This document shows, one piece after another, positions 53,895 through 64,000 of a stretch of 64,000 nucleotides of DNA. The DNA is from Felis catus (Eukaryota). A program made the translations under genes and the position numbers. The notes below the pieces were generated by a model. The model made no database searches. It saw only the letters and a list, made by a program, of their open reading frames with translations, and was not told where the DNA came from. Numbering within the stretch: position 1 is the stretch's first letter; every line of letters begins with the position of its first letter. The stretch spans positions 88,786,001 to 88,850,000 of the forward strand of contig NC_058368.1 in the NCBI RefSeq assembly GCF_018350175.1, read 5' to 3'.

Positions 53895-54150
53895 AATAAT
53901 AGCTAAAGTTTCTTGAGTTCTTCTGTGTGTTAGACACTAAAGGCTACAAATGCATTATTATTTGCACTATCACAAACAATCCCATAAGGTAAAGAGGTAT
54001 CCTTTTCTCTGGTTTGTGGATGACAAAACAATGGGTACAGGTAGGATGTGTAAATGTCACAGGGATACAAAACTAATAAAAACTGAAGAACAAGGATTCT
54101 AACTCCAGGAGTCCATCTCCAGGACCAGTGCTTTTAGCCTTCTGCTACTA
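53895..54150 (-). mobile_element. MIR
   Basis: aataatagctaa..cacaaacaatcccataaggta..ggattctaactccagg. Confidence 0.6.
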
Positions 54151-54508
54151 CTTTCCTCACCAAGAAAGCCAGCAAAATTACATGAAGTTACCAGAGAGAA
54201 GCAGGAAAATTAATTGAATATGACATATTGGAAAGGAAGAGGGAGGGAAAACAGTGGTAGTGGAGTTTTATCTTCCTCCATAATGTTAGAGCAGTAAAAA
54301 TATTGTCTAAAGTGAGTATGTCATGATACAGCAAGATAAGCATAATGTTTAGAATTAAGGGGATGACATCAAAGTAGCAAAAACCTATCTCTGGAGAGGG
54401 GAACTCAGGAGAAAAGGGCTGCATTTCAATATGATTCAAGTTGTTATTGTGCTTATGTATTATTGTCATAAAAACAAAATATTTCTGTTTATTTAGAAAT
54501 TGCTACTA

Positions 54509-54658
54509 TGGGGCGCCTGGGTGGCTAAGTAGGTTAAGCGTCCAACTTCAACTAAGGTCATGATCTTGTGGTTCGTGGGTTTGAGACCCATATCAGGCTC
54601 TATGCTGATGGCTCAGAGCCTGGAGCCTGCTTCAGGTTCTGTGTCCCCCCTCTCTCTG

Positions 54659-54714
<56 letters not shown>

Positions 54715-54746
54715 AAATAGACATTAAGACAGATTAAAAAAAAAAA
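54509..54746 (+). mobile_element. Can-SINE with long (CT)n
   Basis: Consensus; TSD agaaattgct. Confidence 0.94.
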
Positions 54747-54790
54747 GAAATTGCTTCTACTGTGTAAGTGCATCAAAACATGAAATTCAA

Positions 54791-54975
54791 GTGGCACCTG
54801 GGTGGTTCAGTTGGGTGAGCATCCAAATGCAGCTTAGGTCATGATCTCATGGTTTGAAGTCAAGCTCCGCATCAGGCTCTCAGCTGTCAGCTCGGAGCCT
54901 GCTTCAGATCCTCTGTGTCCCTGGCTCTTTGCCCTTCCCAACTTGTGCTCTCTCTCCAAAATATTTAAAAAAAAC
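54791..54975 (+). mobile_element. Can-SINE
   Basis: Consensus; TSD aaattcaa. Confidence 0.88.
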
Positions 54976-55576
54976 AAAACATAAAATTCAAAATCTTTAC
55001 ATCTATTACATATTTGTTAGCTGTTTGTCTTATCAGGATATTACTTTTAGTTTGAAGGCTTTTAAGAAATCAGGAAGTATAAATGTTTACAAGTTGTCCC
55101 TGGTAATATTACCAGGCATGGATGAGAGAGGGTGCAGGACTATTAGAAGCAAACTGGATTTCAACACTGCTTCTGAGAGTCAGTTCTCTACAAAGGGCAG
55201 ATGATTCTCTGCAGTCACAGAGCACAATGAAGGAGCTTTGATCCTCTGGAACTGTAATAAACAACTCAGAGTAAATGAATCAGGCAGAGAGTGCCAGGAG
55301 GGATCCGGCAGCCTCTATGTGCTGGCGTTCTTTGTTTTTACAAGGCTAATCTCATAAATGTTGCAGTAGGCTCAATGCTGTTCATTTTTTAGACTCAGTT
55401 ATCGTATTTTTCCACGTGTTTACTTCATAAAAGTAGGCACTTTTATGCTCATGTTAAAATGGGATCTCCTGTTCGAATTTCCTGGTGAAGGCAACTGAAG
55501 CATTATTGCCTAAGGAACTCATTAAGTGTAGATATATTATATCTCCCATTTCCATCCATGTATTATGTATTTACAT

Positions 55577-55603
55577 ATCTATCTATCTATCTATCTATCT
55601 ATC
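55577..55603. repeat. (ATCT)n microsatellite
   Basis: About 6 ATCT units. Confidence 0.85.
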
Positions 55604-57333
55604 ATGCATCTATCCTTATTTATAGAACAAAACAACAATAATAATTTAAATTACTTCCTTACCTTATTTTAGTTTAGCCTTCCAAAAATCTTGTAAGGTA
55701 AATAGGCCATGTAAAAGCATTGAGTTCACTGAGACACTTGAAGGATGGCTCTACCATTTTTCATTGTGCAACCAATAAATGGTGCAGGGAATCCAACCCA
55801 CATCTTCTCTGTCCTTCTCTCTTACCTTCCTAGCCTGTTCAAATCCCACCTTCCTTGTGAGGCTTATGCTGTCCACTGTTTAAATTGAAAGCTGTGATTT
55901 TGCCTAAATCTCAATGCTCCCTATGCTACTTTATACTCTATAACATTAGTTACTGGCTAACCTACCAGATAATTTCCATGTTTGTATTTTTGCTCCCATC
56001 CATCTAGAGTGTAGGCTCCACAGAGTCATGAATTTTACCTTTTTAAGTCTAGTGGAGATCCAGCAAAAAAGTCTAGTGTCAGCCAGAACTGGGCACAGTT
56101 GTAACTTGTGTGATTTGATATTTTAGTAATTTAGATCAGAGCTGGGCCACTTACTGAAGAGCATCTCTTCTACTGCATTTAAGCAGCACAATACATTCAA
56201 AGAAACTGAAATTTCCAACAATTACAGAGTGGGTATGTGCCCTTTCTCCCTTTGTTCCTCCAGGCTCAAATCTATCCTCTCTGGGCGATATGGGAATGTG
56301 TAAGAATGACTGGCCTAAGTCTAAATTAAATAAGAAGACACACACAAGAAAACATTTAAACATTTCTAAAAAAAAATCATTGAGTGGTTTCCTTTGACAC
56401 ATCAGAGGTTATCTAGCCTCTAGTAAGGTCAGAGGGGGGTGAGAGAAGAGCGAAACACAGAGGGAAGAAGCAGGGGTGAGCCACCTCATCTCTCCCTCCT
56501 TTGGACCTTACTTCCTCCTGGATTGTCATCCCTTACATTCAAAATGCAGATTGCAGGAGTCAGTGTGTGCAGGTAGAGCATGTGGCCACTTCTACATCCC
56601 AGTCACTGCAACGCGGAAAATTCAACATGGTTAAGTCTGGCTCAGCCCATCACCACTCACACAGGTTAATTCTTTCTCTACTGCTGAGTCAAAAAGACAC
56701 ATGAGCAAAGGCAGATTAATAACAAAGTTTTATGCACGTTAAGTACACAATGTGGAAAGGATAAAAGCCCATCGAGGCAAATAGGTAGGGGTAAAGGAAG
56801 CCCCTACAGGCAGCAGTGGTATCCTGCCTGTTCCAAGACCAGAGAAAACTGGCCCAGAGCTTGGGTCAGCCAAGTTCACAGTCAACGCCAGGGATGGCAC
56901 GGTTGATGATTTATGTAGCTTTCTTCCATTCTCCACTAGAACTTCTTGAATCTGGTGTCTTTCTGGTGTAGTTCTAAATGGGGCTCATGTGCCCCTTGCC
57001 CTCCAATACATACACATGCAGAGAAATACACATCAATACATGTATGCACACAATGTACACACTTTCTGTGAGAAGAGATCAGGGTAACTTTCACTTAAAT
57101 GGGTTGGGCCCCTTTCTGATGCAAAGAAGTCAATTTCTGGTTATATCCAATTTGCAGAGGAATATTAGGTCCTTATTCATGACAAAAGAAAGGAATTTGT
57201 AGGTGAAATCCTAGTCATGTTTTGAAGGTGCTTCAGTCATGCCCAGAGCACAGGCCCAGTTGACCAGGACACATACAGTGTTTGATCCTCCAAAGTCAGA
57301 GGAGTACCTGACTAGGACAAGTCCAAGTTCTGT

Positions 57334-57900
57334 TTAAAATTTCCTGGTGCTATCCCCCATTGCAACACCAGTGCTGTGCTTATGGGGGGGGGGGGGGGCA
57401 CATGTGCTCTGTGTGGCTGAGGGACCATAAGTGTATCCAGTCATAGCAGGCATGGAGCTATTCCCCAGAGCAACACCTGTGTTAGGGGTAAGTGAGCTCC
57501 CAGTGTTATTATGGGGGGGTGCCGATATAGAGGCATGCCATCATAGATGTGATACTGTCTGCATTCACAATGGCACTTTCTGCGTTCGCATTGGGTCGGC
57601 CGCAATTATTCTGATGTGAAGAACTACTAGGTTCTACATTCATGGTAATGACGTTGTCCCCTCCGTGCATACCATCTGTAGGCTGGGCGGGAGGACCGCA
57701 TTTGCATGGAAGGATGGTGGAACTACAAGTGAGTCCAAGCATAGAGCTGGTGCTGCCACTTGCCACTGCAGCAGAGGCAGTGTGGCCAGGCAAGTCCGAG
57801 GGGAGTATGTAGGGGGTAAACACGCATGCCTCTTGATACACGTGTCTTCTCCTTGGTAGTGGCTCTTCCACGGAAAGCAATTAGTTCTTGTGTACATGGC
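57334..57900 (-). pseudogene. NPAP1/POM121L-like C-terminal coding remnant
   Basis: ORF 57509..57880 (EACVFTPYILPSD..AQPTDGMHGG..NVEPSSSSHQN..SITSMMACLYIG). After a 1-nt shift it continues GNSSMPAMTGYT..PPPHKHSTGVAMGDSTRKF*, resembling recalled NPAP1 ACVFLSLPIIPPPD and GASNIPVFGYT..PPTQNSCSGMGGDGTR. Also resembles the tail of the 11-kb locus. Confidence 0.55.
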
Positions 57901-60900
57901 TTCCGGGTGCACTTCTGGCTAACAATAAGAAGATGGCTTCCACCTGCGGGAACACTGTGGCCCTCTCCCACTACTCCATCACCTGGGTTTTGGCCAGCTT
58001 GCCCCCTGCTGATCAGATTTAAGAAGCAGGCTGGCACGTGTGCTGACCCACGTTTCCTCTCGGTGCTTGTGGCTCGGTCATGTGAGGCAAGTTTTCTATG
58101 TGCAGATGGGTTCTGGGTGCCCTTGGGGCTAACAGGAACACTAGAATTTCTACCTGTGGGAAGACTGTGGCCCTCTCCCACTACTCCATCACCTGGGTTT
58201 TGGACAGCGAGCCCCCTGATGATCAGATTTAAGAAGGAGGCTGGCACCTGTCCTGACCCAGGTTTTGTCTCGGTGCTTGTGGCTCCATGATGTGGGGCAA
58301 GTTTTCATCATGCAGATTATCTCTGGGTGCCCTTGGGGCTAACAGGAATACTAGAGCTTCTACCTGCGGGAAGACTGTGGCCCTCTCCCACTACTCCATC
58401 ACCTGGGTTTTAGACGGCTGGTCCCCTGACGATCAGATTTAAGAAGCAGGCTGGCACGTGTCCTTACCCACTTTTCTTCTTGGTTCTGGTGGTTCGGTCA
58501 CCTGGGCCAAGTTTTCTTTGTCCAGATTGGCTCTGGGTGCACTTGAAGCTAACAGGAATACTAGAGATTCCACGTGAGGGCACAGGGCAGCCCTCTCTAA
58601 CTACTCCATCACCTGGATTTTTGATGGCAGGCCTCCAGCTGCTCAGACTTAAGGGGGAGCCTGGCATGTCTCCATGCTGATGGTTCGGTCACGTGGGGCA
58701 AGTTTTCTTTGTGCATATTGGCTGTGGGTGCCCTTGGGGCTAACAGGAACACTAGAGCTTCTACCTGCGTGAAGAGCGTGGCCCTCTCCCTCTACTCCAT
58801 CAGCTGGGTTTTAGACAAGTAGCCCCCTGCCGATCGGATTTAAGAAGTAGGCTGGTACATGTCCTGACCCACGTTTCCTCTCCATACTGGTGGCTCGGTT
58901 ACATGGGGCAAGTTTACTTTGTGCAGATTGGTTCTGGGTGCCCTTGCAGCTAACAGGAAAACTAGAGCTTCTACCTATGGGAAGACTGTGGCCCTCTCCC
59001 ACTACTCCACCTGGGTTTTGGACAGCTAGCCACCTACCGATCAGATGTAAGAAGGAGGCTGGCACGTGTTCTGACCCAGGTTTTGTCTCTGTGCTGGTGG
59101 CTCAGTCTCCTATGGCAAATTTTCTTCGTGCACATTAGCTGTGGGTGCCCTTGGGGCTAATAGGAACACTAGAGCTTCTCCCTAAACGAAGAGCATGGCC
59201 CTCTCCCACTACTCCATCACCTGGGTTTTGGAAGGCTTGCCCCTGCCCATCAGATTTAAGAAGCAGGCTGGCATGTGTCCTGAACCAAGTTTCTTCTTCA
59301 TGCTGTTGGCCCAGTCACATGGGGCAAGTTTTCTTTGTGCACATTGGCTCTGGATGCCCTTGGGGCTAACAGGAACACTAGAGCTTCTACCTACGAGAGG
59401 AGCATTGCCCTCTCCCTCTGCTCCATCAACTGGGTTTTGGGCAGCTGGCCCCCTACCCATCAGATTTAAGAAGCAGGGTGGCACGTGTCCTGACCCACAT
59501 TTCTTCTTGGTTCTTGTGGCTCAGTCATGTGGGCCAAGTTTTCCTTGTGCAGTTTGGCTCTGGGTGCCCTTGAGGCTAACAGGAATATTAGCGACTCCAC
59601 GTGAGGGCATAGGGTGGCCCTCTCCCACTATTCCATCACCTCAATTTTTGATGGCTGGCCCGCTGCTGCTCAGACTTAGCGGGGAGCCTGGCATTTGTCC
59701 TAACACTCCTTTCTTCTCCATGCTGGTGGTTCGGTCACGTGGGGCAAGTTTTCTTCCTGCAGATTGGCTGTGGGTGCCCTTGGGGCTAACAGGAACACTA
59801 GAGCTTCTCCCGGAACGAAGAGCGTGGCACTCTCCCACTACTCCATCAGCAGGGTGTTGGACATCTTGCCCCCTACCGATCAGATTTAAGAAGGAGACTG
59901 CCACCTGTCCTGACCCACGTTTCTTCTTGGTGCTGGTGACTCGGTCACATGGGGCAAGTTTACTTTGTGCAGATTGGTTCTGGGTGCCCTTGAAGCTAAC
60001 AGGAAAACTAGAGCTTCTACCAATGGGAAGACTGTGGCCCTCTCTGACTCCATCACCTGGGTTTTGGACGGCTGGTCCCCTGACAATCAGATGTAAGAAG
60101 GAGGCTGGCATGTGTCCTGACCTGAGTTTCGGCTCCGTGCTGGTGACTTGGTCTCGTGGGGCAAGTTTTCTCCATGCAGATTGTGTCTGGGTGCCCTTGG
60201 GGCTAACAGGAACACTAGAACTTCTACCTGCACGAAGAGCGTTGCCCTCTCCCACTGTTCAATCACCTGGGTTTTGGAAGGCTCACCTCCTGCCGATCAG
60301 ATATAAGAAGCAGGCTGGCCCGTGTCCTGACCCAAGTTTCTTCGTCATGCTGTTGGCCCGGTCACGTGGGGCAAGTTTTCTCTGTGCAGATGATCTATGG
60401 GTGCCCTTGCAGCTAACAGGAACACTAGAGCTTCTACCTGGGCGAAGAGCGTGGCCCTCACACTCTGCTCCATCAACTGGGTTTTGGACAGCTGGTGTCC
60501 TGCCCATCAGATTTAAGAAGCAGGCTGGCATGTGTCCTGACCCATGTTTCTTCTCGGTTCTCGTGAATCAGTCACATGGGCCAAGTTTTCTTTGGTGTTT
60601 CTCAGTCACATGGGCCAAGATTGGCTCTGGGTGCCCTTGAGGCTAACAGGAATACTAGAGACTCCACGTGAGGGCACAGAGCGGCCCTCTCCCACTACTC
60701 CATCACCTGGATTTTTGATGGCTGGCCCCCTGCTGCTCAGACTTAAGGGGAAGCCTGGCATGTGTCCTGACATGCTTATCATCTCCATCCTGATGGCTCA
60801 GTCATGTGGGGCAAGTTTTCTTCATGCAGATTGGCTCTGGGTGCCCTTGGGGCTAACAGGAAAACTAGAGCTCCTCCCTGAATTAAGAGCGTGGCACTCT

Positions 60901-63900
60901 CCCACTACTCCATGAGCTAGGTTTCGGACGGCTTGCCCCCTGCTGATCAGATTTAAGAAGAAGACTGACACCTATCCTTACTCACGTTTCTTCTTGGTGC
61001 TGGTGACTCGGTCATGTGGGGAAAATTTTCTTTGTGCAGATTGGTTCTGGGTGCCCTTGCAGCTAACAGGAACACTAGCGCTTTTACCTGCATGAAGAGC
61101 GTGGCCCTCTCCCACTACTCCATCATCTGGGTTTTGGATGGCTGGCCCACTGCCGAACAGAATTAAGAAGCAGGCTGGCACGTTTCCTGACCCACGTTTC
61201 CTCTCCATCCTGATGGCTCTGTCACGTGGGACAAGTTTTCTTTGTGTACATTGGATCTGGATGCCCTTGGGGCTAACAGGAAAACTAGAGCTTCTACCTG
61301 TGTGATGAGCATGGCCCTCTCCCTCTACTCCATCACCTGGGTTTTTGACAGCTAGCCCCTGCCCATCAGATTTAAGAAGGAGGCTGACACCTGTCCTGAC
61401 CCAGGTTTCTTCTTGGTGCTGGTGAATGAGTCACGTGGGATAAGTTTTCTTTGTGCAGATTGGTTCTGGGTGCCCTTGCGGCTAACAGGAACACTGGCAC
61501 TTCTGTCTTCTTGAAGAGGGTGACCTCTCCCACTACTCCATCACCTGGGTTTTGGACGGCTGGCCCTCTGCCAATCAGATTTAAGAAGCAGGCTGGCCCG
61601 TGTCCTGACCCAAGTTTCTTTGTGCTATTGGCCAGATCACGTGGGGCAAGTTTTCTTTGTGCAGATTGTCTCTGGGTGCCCTTGTGGCTAACAGGAACAC
61701 TAGAGCTTCTACCTGCGTGAAGAGTGTGGCCCTCACCCTCTACTCCATCACCTGGGTTTTGGACGGCTGGCCCTCTGCCAATCAGATTTAAGAAGTAGGC
61801 TGGCATGTGTCCTTACCCATGTTTTGTCTCCGTGCTGATGGCTCAGTCACGTGGGATAAGTTTTCTTCGTGTACATTGGCCCTGGGTGCCTCTGGCCCTC
61901 TAGTGCCCTCAGGAACACTAGAGCTTCGACCTGTGCAATGAGCATGGCCCTCTCCCTGTACTCCATCACCTGGATTTTTAACAGCTAGCCTCCTGCCCAT
62001 CAGATTTAAGAAGCAGGCTGGCACTTGTTCTGACCCACATTTTGTCTCCATGCTGCTGGCTCGGTCACATGGGACAAGTTTTCTGTGTGCAGATTGGCTC
62101 TGGGAGCCCTTGGGGCTAACAGGAAACACTGTGGCCCTCTCCCACTACTCCATCACCTGGGTTTTGGTGGGCTATTCCCCTGACGTTCAGATTTAAGAAG
62201 TAGGCTGGCACGTGTCCTGACCCATGTTTCTTCTTGGTTCTCGTGCCTTGGTCACGTTGGCCAAGTTTTCTTTGTATAGATTGACTCTGGGTGCCCTTGG
62301 GGCTAACAGGAACACTAGAGCTTCTACCTAGTGAAGAGCATGGCCCTCTGTCACTACTCCATCACCTGTGTTTTGGACGTCTTTTCCCCTGCTGATCAGA
62401 TTTAAGAAGGAGGCTGACACCTGTCCTTACCTACATTTCTTCTTACTGCTGGTGACTGGGTCACGTGGGGAAAGTTTTCTTTGTGCAGATTGGTTCTGGG
62501 TGCCCTTGTAGCTAACAGGAACACTAGAGCTTCTACCTGCGGGAACACTGTGGCCCCTGTCCCACTACTCCATCACCTGGATTTTTGATGGCTGGCCCCC
62601 TGCTTCTCAGACTAAGGGGGAGCCTGGCATGTGTCCTGACACTCGTTTCTTTTCCATGCTGGTGTTTCCGTCAGGTGTGGCAAGTGTTCTTTGTGCAGAT
62701 TAGCTCTGGGTGCCCTTGGGGCTAACAAGAACACTAGAGGTTTTACCTGCGTGAAGAGCATGGCTCTCTCCCACTACTCCATCACCTGGGTTTTGTACAT
62801 CTTGCCCCCTGCCCATCAGATTTAAGAAGCAGGCTGGCACGTGTTCTGAACCAAGTTTCTTCTTTGTGCTGGTGGCTGGGTCACGTAGGGAAAGTTTTCT
62901 TTGTGCAGACTGTCTCTGGGAGCCCTTGGGGCTGACAGAAAAACTAGAGCTTCTACCTGCGGGAACACTGTGGCCCTCTCCCACTACTCCATCACCTGGG
63001 TTTTGAATGGCTGGTCCCCTGATGGTCAGATTTAAGAAGCAAGCTGGTACGTGTCCTGACATACGTTTCTTCTCAGTTCTTGTGGCTTGGTCACGTGGGC
63101 CAAATTTTCTTTGTGCAGATTTGCTCTGGGTGCCCTTGAGTCTAACAGGAATACTAGAGACGCCACATGAGGGCACAGGGCGACCCTCTTCCACTACTCC
63201 ATCACCTGGATTTTTGATGGCTGGCCCCCTGTGGCTCAGACTTAAGGGGGAGCTTGGCATGTGTCCTGACACTCCTATCTGATGGCTCGGTAATGTGGGC
63301 CAAGTTTTCTTCATTCATATTGGCTGTGGGTGCCCTTGGGGCTAGCAGGAACACTAGAGCTTCTCCTTGAACAAAGAGCGTGGCCCTCTCCCACTACTCC
63401 ATCTCCTGGGTTTTGGACGGCTGGCCCTCTGCCGATCAGATTTAAGAAGCAGGCTGGCACGTGTCCTGACCCATGTTTCTTCTCGGATCTCGTGGCTCAG
63501 TCACATGGGCCAAGTTTTCTTTGTCTAGATTGGCTCTGGGTGCCCTTGAGGCTAACAGGAATACTAGAGACTCCACGTGAGGAATACTGGAGACTCCAGG
63601 CTGGCACAGGGCGACCCTCTCTAACTACTCCATCACCTGGATTTTTGATGGCTGGCCCCCTGCTGCTCAGACTTAAGGGGAAGCCTGGCATGTATCCTGA
63701 CACCCCTATTGTCTCCATGCTGATGGCTCAGTCACATGGGGCAAGTTTTCTTCGTGCAGATTGGCTCTGGGTTCCCTTGAGGCTACAGGAACACTAGAGC
63801 TTCTCCCTGAATGAAAAGCATGGCCCTCTCCTACTACTCCATGAGCTGGGGTTTGGACGGCTCGCCCCCTGGCGATCTGATTTAAGAAGGAGGCTGATAC

Positions 63901-64000
63901 CTGTCCTGACCCACGTTTCTTCTTAGTGCTGGTGACTCAGTACCTGGGGAAAGTTTTCTTTGTGCACATTGGTTCTGGGTGCCCTTGCGGCTAACAGGAA
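57830..64000 (-). repeat. 210-bp (70-codon) tandem array, at least 29 diverged units, runs off the window end
   Basis: Anchor cagatttaagaag recurs at ~58014, 58224, 58434, 58644 ... 63877. Minus-frame unit NPGDGVVGEGHSLPTGRSSSVPVSPKGTQSQSAQRKLAPRDRATSTEKKRGSGHVPACFLNLIGRGPAVQ. Confidence 0.97.

Noticed and set aside
1142..55204. Many short ORFs of the type ..TSAQVMIS..SPASGSVLTAQSLEPASDSVSPSLS..
   Set aside because: Translations of Can-SINEs, not genes. The tRNA-like SINE heads are not tRNA genes.
59195..60640. 481-aa plus-strand ORF as a real CDS
   Set aside because: It lies wholly inside the tandem array, starts via a frameshifted unit, is antisense to the POM121/NPAP1 homology, and has no recognisable family. 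Kept only as a finding.
57830..64000. CRISPR array or cat FA-SAT satellite
   Set aside because: Eukaryotic DNA with no unique spacers; the 210-bp period does not fit the ~483-bp FA-SAT monomer.

Overview
Mammalian genomic DNA, almost certainly a felid (32 Can-SINE copies, many of the SINEC_Fc type). Most of the window is interspersed repeats: decayed LINE-1s, MLT/ERV LTRs, Tigger DNA transposons and MIRs. I found no intact conventional protein-coding gene. The non-repeat signal is two minus-strand loci derived from the nucleoporin POM121. (1) ~11.0-13.9 kb: a frameshifted, stop-ridden POM121L1-like pseudogene, joined upstream to a hydrophobic non-POM121 segment and a candidate in-frame 117-bp leader exon at 14779-14895. 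(2) ~57.3 kb to the window end: an NPAP1/POM121L-like 3' end preceded by at least 29 copies of a 210-bp (70-codon) tandem unit. This array looks like an amplified piece of the POM121 core, shows a 5-unit higher-order period, and has long open frames on both strands. Protein similarities are from recalled sequences and hand alignment, so they need BLAST/HMM confirmation. Repeat boundaries are approximate.
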